DNA of 53,741 nt, counting the filler, from Sphacelaria rigidula (lineage: Eukaryota), in the NCBI GenBank assembly GCA_964200075.2. It is 5 parts of 5 records of this genome, joined end to end, with 100 filler letters (N's around TTAATTAATTAA, not from the genome) between each part and the next. Parts side by side here need not be neighbours in the genome. Positions count along the whole stretch, not along the records: positions 10,770 to 21,438 come from CAXNAA020006111.1; positions 21,539 to 32,207 come from CAXNAA020006112.1; 3 more parts are not named here. One strand, written 5' to 3'. This document shows positions 11,950 to 24,503 of the stretch, one piece after another. A program made the position numbers and the translations under genes. The number at the start of each line of letters is the position of its first letter. Within the stretch, counting starts at the first letter, position 1. Below the pieces are notes generated by a model. It was not told where the DNA came from and did not search any database. It saw only the letters and a program-made list of their open reading frames with translations.

Positions 11950-12310
11950 ACGAGGACCAAGAGATGCTGGCCGACCTGAAACAACGGGAAAATTGTTTCC
12001 AGGGAGCCTACGTGCCCCAGGGACTATCCCACACGATAGAGAACAAAGGAAGTCGTTTCTCTGAAACCCTCGCAAGGCTGGATCATTGCTGCGAAGACCG
12101 TGGGCGAATTTTGCGTTGGCGTCGAGAAAACGGCGGAGGTGAACGAGGAGGCGTGGGGGAACGAAAACCTACCCCAATACGACGTACATTACAACCAAAA
12201 CGCCGTGGCGTTGAGAGCTTCCAAAAGGAAAGTTGCCACCGTTGGTATAACAACAGCAGATGCAGCAACAGCAGCAGCAACAGCCCGCCAGAAATCCATC
12301 ATGGACATCA
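11950..12310 (+). mobile_element. Degenerate RTE-like LINE ORF2 C-terminal fragment in a cyclase intron
   Basis: WIIAAKTVGEFCVGVEKTAE...AW resembles the W-x-x-AAK-x3-W-x3-VE motif at the end of RTE-type ORF2. Confidence 0.4.
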
Positions 12311-13496
12311 GGTGAGAAACAGGTCTACCTTGTACCCGACTAGTGACAAGCGGAAGGGGTGGAGGCATGGAAACTCATACACCCCTGCCATATCCTATCG
12401 CCTGTTGACTTCCTTCCTTCCTTCCTTCCTTCCTTCCTTCCTTCCCTCCTCCTCTTCGTGTTCTTCTTCTCCATCTCCATCTCAATTTCTTCTTTGTCTC
12501 TGCTGTACTAACGTTTTCGTCTCAACAGTCCAGATCTTGTGGGTAAGTATTTCTAGCTAAATTAGGCAGTCCCCAGTTAGCGGCCAAGTTGATCCCACGG
12601 TCTTGTCCACTTCGTGTCGTTATGGGTTAGTGTGCTTTGCCTTGCTTTAGCTTCGTTCCGCTTCCTTCATGTATGGCCGCCTTACTCGAAACCATGTTGC
12701 AGTGGGCTGCCAGTCTGTGAGTCTTCTCCCTCGCCACTGGTACTGTGTCGTAGCCGGGCGTTATCCCTCTCCCCTCTCCTCTCCTCTCCTCTCTTCCACT
12801 CTCCTCTCTTCCGTTCGTTTCCTTCATTTCTATGTTTTGGTTTCGTGTTTTTTTGTCTTCTTTCATGTCAGTTTTCCGGGGCTTTTTCAGGCTTCTCTTC
12901 TTATTCTCTCTTGATTTCTCATGTCTCCCCTTTGCTCGGCTTCCTTCAGCGAGTGTTTTTGATTGTTCATCAAGGAGTACGATACGTCTACCTTTTAGAC
13001 AATGACCACGGCTGGGTACCCCGCGGATCAGTTGATGTGCGACAATTACTCAAGCAATCCATCACACAAGCTTCAGTGCAGCTGCAAAAATGCGAGCGAG
13101 AAATATCAACTTCCGTGTAAGGTGGGATGCCTGCAAGTCAACTCACGAAGTGGGTGCGGAGATGGCCAGGGAGTGGTGCTGAGGGCGACGGCAAAGTTCA
13201 TATGAAAGTACGATAACTGGCCCGTCGAGCACTATCCTGGCCTCAGTGCACGATCTTGCCGTGTAGGTAGACCCAGAACCCGAGATAATAGCTGCACCAC
13301 ACATCAGTAGTACTTTTCCCCACAAACTCGCGGGGCAGTTCGTACAAATGTGCTGTACCCACTCATGTTTGTACGATCCAGGACCTGGAGTTCAAATGGC
13401 GACGTGTAGACCGAAACACGTCGACATACGTGGGAAAATTTGTGAACCCAATACATTCAGAAGGAGGGGGGTAGGGGGTGATTCGAGAGGACTCAC

Positions 13497-13729
13497 CTTG
13501 TTGACATAGCCCCCGGCAATGAGCACCTCCCGACAAGCCATCATCGCCACTTGTGCCACCGAATGTATTCCCTTCTCCGGATCGTGACAAGAAGTGGTGT
13601 TGATGTCCAAGATCTCGAACTTTACAAACCCCACCGTGCCCTGATCGTTCGCATAGGGCAGTAGATGCTGGATCAAATGGTTCGGGATACGGAAACTGGT
13701 GAAGCCCGTAGCGTTGAACTCTATTCCCG
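13497..13729 (-). CDS. ADCY10-like cyclase exon ending ...GGYVNK
   Basis: AAG|gtgagt donor joins in frame to VIMDEKG, giving the sAC G-x-(I/V)NK-x3-D-x-KG motif. Confidence 0.8.
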
Positions 13730-14517
13730 CTACAGCACCCCCCGTTGAGAAAAAGTAGCATGTGTGGGTTACAAGGACACCCTCTCTGCGCTGAGTCACG
13801 ATATCTAGGCAACTCTGAGATCCTCGGCCCTTTTACGTCAGGATGAATGGGCTGACGATGACGAAACGTAAATTCCTGCTTGTTGAGGTTAGATGTGTTG
13901 GTTTAACCGAAACGGACTGTGTATGCCTTGTGCGAAACTTACGCGATGAAACAGCTCGCCCGCCCACACAAGAGGGGAAAAAAGAAGAAGCAGAATTGAT
14001 ACTTGGCCGAAATTGTGCAGCACACACCCAGCGGATGCTTGCCGCATCCTCGTAATGTGGAAAATCGTGTGATCAACATCTATTTTTCTTGCAGAGCACG
14101 ACTGGCTGGATATAGGAGATCAGCGTTCCCTTTATTGCGTCACACTTTCAATCCCTCCCACGCCTCCGGACGAGTTTATGATTTCAAACGAACAGCCCGC
14201 CTTTTCCTCATTACAGTACACGTCTTGCAATCTGGTATCGCGGAATGGAACCGCGCTCCCGCGTTGCGTCGACCTTCGTCTAATAAACTTCCTTTGTTTG
14301 CAACTTACATCCTCATCTTTCCGACGAGGGAAACCAGATACTTCCCAGTAGACCTCCTACCTGCATCTGCTCGGAATCAAATCCGCAGTTTGTCCGATCT
14401 GGTCGGTGTCAGTGGTACACTCTAGACCACCGGGGTGCATCGGCATGTACTCGAGAAGCCATGCTAGACAACACTCGCAGCGTTCACTGAATGGGATCAT
14501 CCATGCACAGCTCTTAC

Positions 14518-14539
14518 ACATCGTGTTTACGGTAGTCAT
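14518..14539 (-). CDS. ADCY10-like cyclase, 22-bp micro-exon (MTTVNTM)
   Basis: ccag acceptor and T|gtaaga donor; phase 0/1 bridges the flanking exons exactly. Confidence 0.55.
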
Positions 14540-14702
14540 CTGGACCGCCCGGGTGAGTAATCTGCTGAATTGGCATCATTTGCACTTGAAACGCGTGGGG
14601 GATACCCAGAATGACCCACATTCATGGTCATAGGTGGTGAGCAGGAAATAGAATTCGACAAAAGCCATTCAGATTCGTTCTCGTTCAGAATGGGCGGCAT
14701 AC

Positions 14703-14903
14703 CTGTCTCAGCTCCCCTAAAGTGCCGGTACCCGCCCCGCTGCGGCCACCGCCGACGGCACCCTCCATTTTCACCAAAACCGAGCGACTGATGAAGTTAT
14801 TTAGATCTGTAGATAACAGCTCATACTCCGCCATCGAGAGCTTTAAGCGTACGAACATGTCCATGTGCTTCGCGTCGCCTCTATAAAAGCTGGGCATCAA
14901 CGC
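14703..14903 (-). CDS. ADCY10-like cyclase exon (C1-C2 linker)
   Basis: LNNFISRSVLVKMEG...LGELRQ matches the sAC FIxxxVxxKI...LxELR motif; cag acceptor and gtatgc donor. Confidence 0.8.
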
Positions 14904-15517
14904 CTGTGACACCCAAATAACCACAAATGCGACAACAAACGGTCGTGGGAGCAGGAACATATGGTGTGCTCACATCAGGTATGACCCACAAACTACCTTG
15001 CTTAGGCTACCCAAGTGAATTGCGGTCTGTATTCTTAGCCTGTGGTCTGATGAATGTTCACCATGTGCATCCGATTTATTCTGGTAGCTTTTGGCCACGT
15101 AAAATTATCTCGATGAATGTCGGTCCGTTCTAGTGGTTTTCGTGAAGATCATTGGCGATAGTCAACACCGTCACTTTCGTCTGGTTCGAGTAGATGGATA
15201 TTTGCTGTGTGAATCCTGGTCCCTTATTATTGTCTTTGGTAAGGTGAACATTGGTCTCGCGTGACATACATTCTATTTTTACATGAGAGCACTTCCTCTG
15301 TCTCCTCCACATCGGTCGTCTGGAGGAGCAGGGGTCAGTGGTCCAACAGCTGTGTATGCAGGATATCACTGCCGACTTTGACGCATAATACAAACTGGGG
15401 ATACAGAGCCCTTTTTCTGGCGAACCAGACCGAAACACTCGTCACCCAGGAGCGATATACTCCATCATCTACAGTACACCGCCATTCCTATTCCGCCTCT
15501 GTTCGACGGCGCCTCAC

Positions 15518-15625
15518 CTTGGCCGGAGTTAGACCTTCCTCAGGTGTTGGCTGCTCCCCGATCTCTTTTCCATCTTCAACAACGGGATGTGCATGCCCAC
15601 TGCTTGGGTCATCTTGTGAAGTGGT
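15518..15625 (-). CDS. Candidate upstream exon of the cyclase gene (low complexity)
   Basis: T-rich ccag acceptor, AAG|gtgagg donor, phase 0-0. Confidence 0.5.
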
Positions 15626-15934
15626 CTGGTTCCATGTAAAAAAAAACAATTTAATTTCATTCAGCCAAGGACCCGTTGCCCACGGGGGGGAAAGGGGATT
15701 TGCCACCAACGAAATGTCACATCGCGGCCTAATCCCTTCGCATTCAGCTTCGGCCAATTTTGGACTAATCTTCGATCACTTTGCTGCAGTGTTGTGGTGC
15801 ACGGTATGTTGGGATGTCTCTACAACGGTGCTTCACTTGCGCAATCAGCGCACAGCTGCGGATCATGTCAAGGTGACAGCACGTGCTACCGGGGTACAAT
15901 TCCCACAGCCAACGTTTTTTTCTGCTCCGTCGTT

Positions 15935-16052
15935 TTCTTGAACGAGCGTTTCAGTTTTGCTTTCTTGGGTACGTCTATCATGCGACCAACGATAGACCCA
16001 TGGGTGGTCAGTTAAAGTGCGAAAATCAATCATTCAATCAACCAATCAATCA
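15935..16052 (+). mobile_element. Repeat family B copy with (CAAT)n tail
   Basis: Reverse complement of 343-480. Confidence 0.6.
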
Positions 16053-17347
16053 AAAGCATTGTCGCCTATCGAGAATGCACGAAAGCACAGCGGTACTAAG
16101 GTTAATCGTTGTACTTCGAAGTACGGATTTGATTGGGATTTCGAGATGTCTCGAAATATCTCCAGGCGGGTGGTTTTCGGGAGACTTTACTCCGATCGGG
16201 GACGTTATACCTTGTGGAAGACCTGTTTAGAGTATGCGGCGGCGTCCCGGCGGATGCGGGGTGAATTTGCCTCCCAAACAACGGGACAGACAAAGCAGTC
16301 GAATCCCCACAAACGGCGTATTTTGAAATTCCCCCGTTCTCCGCTAAGCGAATTGATAGGGCGAATCACATTGAGCAGCCCGAGATGGAATTACAACTGT
16401 ATGCCAAACCTCGCCGCATATGTTGCAACTCTACTGCACCGAGACCTTCGCTAGCGTGTCATGGTACTGTCGTCTATTTGTCTCATATTAGCCCATTCTT
16501 CAGACCCGTGGTCGCAGGGTATATGGAGATCGACAAACGTTCCATACGGGGGACAGACTCCCCATTGCGTTGACCAATAAAATGCAGACCGCTCCATTAC
16601 TCAGCTCGGCTCTTCGTCCTCTTGCCATGAAAAAAAACGCAGCGACGCGGATGCTGTCGTTCACGATCCCTTCAAGAACAGTGCTCCGTGCACCCGATCG
16701 AATCGGCGGGTGTGTAGGACGGGAGAATGATCACATCCATGAACTACAGTGATCTACAGCAAAATACCTTGATGTTTTGATGATTTAAACCGGGGCACTA
16801 GTGTGAATGGTCCTTTGAAGTTGTACGAAGGTTTAGGCTACAACACTTACTCCTTTCTCCTCTCTGGCGCCTCCAGGAATAAATGTTCCCAACAAAAATA
16901 TTCCAATCGTGTATCCTAAGCAATGGTGTCGGCAAACAAAAAACATATGCAATGTCTCCCGAAGACACGAAGCACCAGAGCATTTGACCCCTCGAAATCA
17001 CACCTCTACATTCACATATTTTCCTGGATTTTTATAGTCGGAATCCTGATAAGCGCCGGATTCACGACATTCATTGTATGGCTACCGAATAACACCAGTC
17101 ACTACTACCTGAACCACCCATGTCCAAACGTCTCTATCGTATTTACCATAAACCCTGACCACATTTTATTTTTTTGAAGCGTGGTTTTCGTAAAATTTTC
17201 GATGCAAGTAAAAATGGCGGCCCCATGGTACGAAACAGTCTCAAGGAAATCTGCGGACCACAGAGGTATAGTATGCAGAAACACACAAACACATTACACT
17301 GCATAAAATCGAAGTCTACGTGGCGCCTGCACTCATTATTGCCATAC

Positions 17348-17458
17348 CTCGTGGCACACCCTGGGCTCTGCTGCTATCCGAACGCCTTTGAGAATCTTGC
17401 ATCCTTCGTCCTGGGAGTGTTTCCAAAGATCCAGCCAATGGCCCGCCAATCCCGCCGC
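17348..17458 (-). CDS. Candidate upstream exon of the cyclase gene
   Basis: tacag acceptor, GAG|gtatgg donor, 37 open codons (AAGLAGHWLDLWKH...). Confidence 0.45.
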
Positions 17459-19111
17459 CTGTACTTTATGGTGGTGTGTTGAAAGGAAACACGTAACACC
17501 GCATATACAACGTGTTACATAATCAGAATCCATTTTTGCTCTAATCTGCAAGTATCGCCCGCTACCCGTTTTACGGGCATCATAGCTCACGGAGTATTAC
17601 TAGTAAGGATCCGTCCTCAACTACTCGCCTGCCGGTAAGTCTACAGGCTAAATATCCGAATCTCCATTTCATGGTGCTCGTTATTCGTGAAATCTCCCCC
17701 CTTCGTCGGGACCAACGCTCACGCAGCCGGTCAACTTGCATTTCTACTCTCGTCGTGGCGTTGTCGACCAGGGGAACAGGACTCTGGGTAAAGAGGCCAC
17801 GTTTGTTGGAATTCGAAGCCGCGAAATCGACCCAAACTAGCTCTTGTTGTCAAAGTTTCGCCACAAGAGCGCCGCGGCATTTTTACCGTATAACCGCTCT
17901 TCGTGTAGTTTCCAATATGTCTTCTGTACTGTACTACAGGGGTGTTTGTGTCTCGCCCCCATAGAGTCCGTGGGTGTGACACTTCGTGCCCGAACACTGT
18001 GACTCCCAAATATCTACGTGGACATCACTTTTTTTTCACACGGTCCTTTATTTATCTGAAGCCATGCTGCAGGGGCTGGCTACTTGTTGTTTCTTTGTTG
18101 CTGTTTCCTCTTCCTCTCGCACTCGTTTTCATTATCTTGCGACTTTTTTGTCGTTGTTTGAATTTCTTTCCTCTGGACCAGTTATTCGGCTCTTTATCCT
18201 CGTTTCCTTCCCTTCCTTTTTTTTCTTATTTTACCATTCTATTTTTTCTGTGTTATGATATTCTTTCTGTTTTGTTTTGTTTTCATTTTACTCCCTTTGT
18301 CCTATCCTTCTTCCTTCATTCTACACCCTGTGTCGAGTTTCCTTCAGCGAATACTTCGATTTTGTCCACCTTGAGTACGTCTACTGTTTGGAGAATGACT
18401 ACGGCTAGATCCCTCGAGCATCGGCCTAAATGCGACAACTTGTCGATTAAAATCGCAAAGCGTGCGGCTGGTGATGTGTGCCGTTGCTCTGTGCGTCATC
18501 AGTTAAAGTTGCTGGTACTGTAGGTGACGAGATGCCATCGTTTACGGCCGGCCATTTTTACTTGTCCAACAATGTACTTCATATTGGTATCGTTGAGTTG
18601 TTGTCCGGTGGCTTCCAGGCTTTTCACGATCCAAGGTGGATATAGAGTGGTTGGTGAACATATGGGCTAGTCTCGCAGCACTTGAAGTCGGGTAAGTGCC
18701 ACGGGCTACTTGATTTACAATTTTGACGTAACTCTGTCAACGCTGTATCAACGCCACTATATTTTCAACCCACTGTCGCAATGGTTTTTAGCTGATAATA
18801 TACGACACGAACACCAGAATTGTGTTTTATGAGTATATTCGCATATTATAGTGTTTTTGCGAGCACTGTTTCTCTGTTCTCACCTGAGCACTAAGACAGA
18901 ATTCGCTTTTTCCGGAGAGATCGTGCGCCACCGCCAGCTGCTCGAAGACGGAGCCACATACGAATGTCTCGAAAAACATCTCACCCTTCTCAGACGAATA
19001 AGAACAAGTTACACATTGAGCTAAGGTAGGATACGTTCAGAATTTCCAGGAAGTCAGTCTGCACATTTCGTTCATTTCAGGTTTGACTGGATTAACCGCT
19101 CCCTTAGCATA

Positions 19112-20603
19112 CAGGCTGGTTCACGGAAAAGAAAACAAAAACACTCATCGGCAACACTTCACCCCGTTTTGAGGAGTTAAACCCTGAAATTTTGCACAGG
19201 TGTTCTATGGTTCATTACGCAACTACGTATGGACGACTTTTTTTTTCACCGTTTTTCCGGGGTCCCAGTTTTTGGGGGAAAACTTCGATCCAGTCGGACC
19301 CCCGTAAGACGATTAAAAAAAAAAAGAAAACTCGTTCATACAAAGTTGTGTAATGACCCATAGAACACCTGCGCAAAATTTCGGGGTCTAACTCCTTAAA
19401 ACGGCGGGAATGCTTTCGCGTTTGTGTGATGAACCTTGCCGTGCCACCGTGAAACGGCAAACTGCTAGATTTTAGTATCAAAATGGCGTTTTTGGGCCCT
19501 CTTTGACGTGAACATGAAAATTCAAGCACCAGTTAATCGAGTTTGGCCACGAAACTCTCTGGGGTTTTTCCTTGGGTTTTGCGGCGGCAGAGCGTCCGCG
19601 AAAAAAGCGAAAAAATGACTGTAGTGCCGGTTTTCCGGGGTCCCAGAATGGTTTACTTAGAAAAAACTACTTGGATCCTGTCGGACCCCCGAAAAACGGT
19701 AAAAATTCAAGAATTAGAAAAACCTCGTTGATCGGAACTCGCGTACAATTCATAGCATATTTGGGCAAAGTTTCAGGGTCGAACTCCTGATAAATGCGTG
19801 AAGATTCGCGCGTTTGTGCGAGGATGTGAGCTGAAAACTCCTAACTACTTGGTTTGAGTATGAAAACATCTTTTAGGGTGAATTTTACGCCAAGGCAGGA
19901 AAAATGGTATGAGCTTTTCGAATTTCTCCACCAAACATTATACATGTGTTCCTTGGACCATCCCGGGGCGCATCATGTAATTACTTTTTTCTATTGAGTC
20001 ATTCTGTACCGCCTTTCGGGGGTCTTTATACTGGGACCCCCGGAAGCCGGTAGAGAACGGAGAAACTCTGAACCCTTGCCAATGACACAATTTTTCCATT
20101 TTTAGCATCAATACCTACGGAACTGCCAAGTTTGAGGATGATCTGAGCTTTCCTACAACAGATATAAGGGAAATCGTCACGAGGCTCCCTGGGTCTTTCC
20201 TGCGTATCATGAGTGGAAATTAGACGAGGCCAAACTCCACATCACCGAAACATTACGGTTTCGGGTATAATTCGATCCCGTTGGAATCGTTTTCGAATCC
20301 TATTCTCCCGTTAGATTATTGACGTGATGACGGTCACTACGATTTGAAGCATGTGGAGATTCGGTGGAAATTGGGCTTGGAACTCGTATTTTCAATTTCG
20401 GAACAGTTTGAAGTGCGCTGATTGGTCGAGACACATTTTTGTCCATAGCGCCACCGCTACAGCCTTTTAAAAAAATCCGGCTATGTCACCCTCTTCGTCT
20501 GTTCATTGCGGTCAGTATGATACCATGTATCTGACTATTGGGTGCGTATTGCAAAAGGCATTTGCTGATGACAGTTTTTTTTTTTTTTCCGTGAACCAGC
20601 CTG
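19112..20603. mobile_element. Non-autonomous Tc1/mariner-like element with nested internal palindromes
   Basis: TIR CAGGCTGGTTCACGGAAAA / TTTTCCGTGAACCAGCCTG with TA on both sides; internal hairpin 19160-19410; repeated GGACCCCCG motifs; right end duplicated again to 20668. Confidence 0.85.
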
Positions 20604-20732
20604 TATAATACTTTTGACTGCCTGCATTCGCTGATGACAGTTTTTTTTTTTTTCCGTGAACCAGCCTGTATAATACTTTTGACTGCCTGCATTCGCCTTT
20701 CCTACTCAATCCACTAGTCTTGGAAGGGGAGT

Positions 20733-21180
20733 ATGTCGAGGGTGCCTCATCTGCTGGCTGCGAATAACAACACGTTCGTGAAATTAGGAACGGGTTTGTT
20801 TTTTCGGAACGGGAAGATTTTCACCATATACATCAAGACGGTCGGATTGTCCGAAACGGCCATCACCCCCCTGAAAGCGCGTCATCTCAGGGTAATTTCG
20901 GCTCGATCAGATTTGAAATTGGTGACGCTTTCCATGGGATACGGCCGAGAATGTACGATACTTTTTTCTTTGTGGACAAATATTTTCTCATATTTCGGCA
21001 CTGACCACGTCTATTTAAATCTTTTTGCGCCGAAACTTCCGTGAGATCACAGGCTTTCAGGGGGGTGACGGCCGTTTCGGACGATTAGGTCGCCTCCGTG
21101 TAAATCGCGAAAAAATCCCGTTCCAACATTAAAATGCGTTCCTAATCTCACGAGCATGTTGTTGTATGCCCTTCCGACAT
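20733..21180. mobile_element. Foldback/MITE (imperfect ~450-bp palindrome)
   Basis: CGAAACGGCCATCACCCCCCTGAAAGC pairs with GCTTTCAGGGGGGTGACGGCCGTTTCG; outer arms GTGAAATTAGGAACG / CGTTCCTAATCTCAC. Confidence 0.8.
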
Positions 21181-21438
21181 CAGGTCGGCAGCAGTCGGAC
21201 GAGACAGGGTTTTTGAAGTTCACACGCTACATTAGAACGGCGAAATGGACTCCGTGAACTTTGATGCAGCCATTGAGCAAAGATGAGAGGCTCTTCATAA
21301 TTTAGCAACAAAAGACACCCCTGTTCTTCACATCTTCATCACGCACTGGGAGAGCATATAACCCCCCCCCCCCCTCCCACCTAACCTTTTATTTGATGCG
21401 ACTTGCCCACTGGCCTGCTTTCCAAAGCTCCCAAACGC

Positions 21439-21538
21439 NNNNNNNNNNNNNNNNNNNNNNNNNNNNNNNNNNNNNNNNNNNNTTAATTAATTAANNNNNN
21501 NNNNNNNNNNNNNNNNNNNNNNNNNNNNNNNNNNNNNN
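21439..21538. other. Artificial contig linker
   Basis: N44-TTAATTAATTAA-N44. Confidence 0.98.
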
Positions 21539-24425
21539 TCCTGTGGGACAAGCTTTTGGTCGGAAGGATGGTGCGTGCATGGAGTGTCAGTGTTTGTGCC
21601 TGGAATATTTGTCTCATCAGTCGAGGGTTGAATCTCATATACTGCAACGGAGGGGCGATGCCGGGAAAGGGTAGTTGTCGTGGTTGGACCCGACAACTGG
21701 TCTGTGCTTGGTGTTTCACCCTTATTGGCCAACAGAGGGGGCGAATCGTCACTGTGCAAAGCGGGATCAATTACATCATCCAGCTTGGTCGGAACAGGGG
21801 ACGATTCATCGGGGTGCGGTGTTGAGTTTGATACGCCAATCAACTCAATACCATCACTAGTTAGGGCCAACATGGGAGGTTTAGGAGACGATTTGTCAAG
21901 ACGCGGGGTTGGTAAAGCTGTAATGTTCAACCCGGCGTCTATGATTGGGGCCAACGTGGGCGAGTTAGGAGACGAGTCGTCTTGCGTATCACTTTGTTTG
22001 CCTGGTGACGAACACACGATTGAGGTGCCTTCATGACTAGGATGCGAACGTCCATGAGTCGGCGAAGTCTCTGTCCCAACAGACGGCAAAGCTTCATCGG
22101 AAATGGGTTCTAACGTAGTGCACGCGGGGTGGTCAGGGAGCAGTAACGATCTGTTCGAAATCTGGGGAGTACCGGTCTGTTCCACTCAAAGGTTTTCATC
22201 TGTCTGAGCCCACACGCAATCTCCTCCTTGGAGTTCACGTGCGCTTGCTACATCAGGGTTATCTACATGATCATCTGGAGGAGCCCGTCTCTGGTGACGC
22301 GTGTAGCGCACGAAAGGGTCGGCGGCTCCAGGAGCTATTGAAATGAGTTCTTGGACAGTCGAGCCTAGGTCACGCTCTTGGCGCACCACCCGAGTCGCTG
22401 TCACTTGATGTTCCATTCCAACCCGCTGAGCGACGGAAAACATGGGTTCTTTGCGGTTGCGACCCTTCAAGGAATAATTACGCTCATCAAATAAAAGGGA
22501 ACTGGGTACCGTAGTTTTTGCGGAACTCGGTAAGGTGGTTAGCCGGGCACTCGAGCAATTGGGGGGTGCTTGAGTGTGTGGCTTCGAGTTTGGTGTCCTC
22601 CACTGAACAGGCGAAGGGACAGCGACTACCGTACCACAAGATATTTCGGCTCCTGACGAGGTAGAAACTGCACTACATAACTTCCTCTCCCTCGAAGAGA
22701 AGGGATTCGATTGAATATGATTAGTACCGGGTGCATGTAAAACTGGGTGATCAAATCCGGAATTTAAACTTTGGGTTTGGTCACTGCTCATTTTATAGCA
22801 ATGCAACGGTGCATGGGCTTTGACTGTCTTGAAACCCTTTAAGGCAGTGTGAGCATATCCGGGGAACCCACACCACATAGTTGAACCGGCGGTGGCCGCC
22901 GTTGATGCACGTGTGTGATGTTTGTGACCTGGCCGAGCGAAAACAAAATGTTGAAATCAAAGTGTTGGGTACTTCTGCGGTGAATCACCGGCCATTGTTT
23001 ATTTCTGATTGTGGGATTGTACCAACTGATGAGAAATGAACTACAGACGTAGAACACAAACAGGCAGGTGGCGGCGCTTAGGTTTTGGGCTAAGCAACGC
23101 GTCCTGGGTTACCCCACTGGATGCTATTTGAATCTCCGGAACTTGTAGAACGTTCCCACAAGGTTGTCAAGTTGTGAGGTGAGCATCAGTGTTGTATGCG
23201 TACTGCCCTGGCGTGGTTCAGCCGCGGCACTAGGTCCACTCATGTGTGAACGTCTACCGTTTTGTGAATGAGCTGGTGCATGCGGTTGAAAATGTGCCAG
23301 ATCAGGTGGGTCAGGCGGGGAATCAGTTGTGGCCTTGGGGGCGGAGCAGGCGACCGTACGAACGCAGTTGTGATTGCCAGACTTGCCAACAGAGTCCAAA
23401 ATGACGCGGAGCTTTCAAGTGTCTTTTTGTCAACAGCTTATATTGTTGCTCCGCAATTTCCAGAGCCTTCGTGGATTTGCGTTTCGCGCGTTCTAGTTCA
23501 TTCCGTTCCATTGGCTTTTTTTCGGGGTGGACATCTACCTTACGGGGGGGGTGCGCGGTCTCCTGAACCCCTGGAAACATTTCACGTTGACCCGCCTCGA
23601 GGCGAGCAAATTCCAAGTCTGTCCACGCACGGTTAATCTGTTCGAGACTGTTGTTTTGAAGCTGGTGCCGGCACTCAGTTTGTTCCGTCACCGAAACATT
23701 GTACCAATGACGCGGGGGAATGAAGGCTGGGCGGGTTTGCCGAAGCCGGTCGTGTGGTTCGTCACGCGTGAGCAGGGATTGTTCCGATTCGGGTGGCGTA
23801 TCAAAAGCCAGAGTGGGGCGATCAGAGGGTTCATCACCGGTTAGGGTGCAGAGGTCATCGTCAGGAGAGGTTTTCGTAGCATCAGGGCTCACTTGGAGAT
23901 ATGCCATCTGAGAATGCAAAGTGGGAACACCATCAGCGTTTTGGGTGGCTAGTTGGTATGGAGGTATCTTCACTGAGGGAGGGGGGGTGAGCATCGGGAG
24001 GAGAACTACGGTCCTCATCGAAATCTTCAGCCACATCCCTGAAAATGTGCCCTGCAAGAACGCTATCATCGACATCGAAACTTTCCGGATTGTTGTTGGC
24101 AACCGTTTCATTACGCATGGGTAATCCTACAGGTGTTTTACCACTGTCTGTAGGGAGCGCATCGTCCTTCGTGACATCGTGCTCCGATGAAGTCGGAGGG
24201 CGGTTGATATCAGACATGGTTAAAAGGTGAACGTTTCGTCGTGGGAGACAGCATAGTTGTTGAGGATTGGAGCGGAGTGAACAAACAAAAAAGGAATAGA
24301 GTGGCACGGTACTGTCGACAGTCGATCGACATGCAGTTCCGCGCACTCCGCACATGCACGAGGTCTACCACCTTGTCAATCAGGTGCAGACGAAAGGGAA
24401 AACAATATGTCGAATGCACACAACA
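21539..24425 (-). mobile_element. Decayed LTR-retroelement-like sequence: putative LTR plus a broken S/T/P-rich ORF
   Basis: TGTTG...CAACA-bounded 168-bp segment (24425-24258) followed by an ATG and ~2.7 kb of intron-less consecutive ORF pieces with stops and frameshifts, running into the contig end. Confidence 0.45.
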
Positions 24426-24429
24426 ACCC

Positions 24430-24432
<3 letters not shown>

Positions 24433-24502
<70 letters not shown>
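24433..24502. repeat. (TG)n microsatellite
   Basis: Direct reading. Confidence 0.98.
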
Positions 24503-24503
<1 letters not shown>

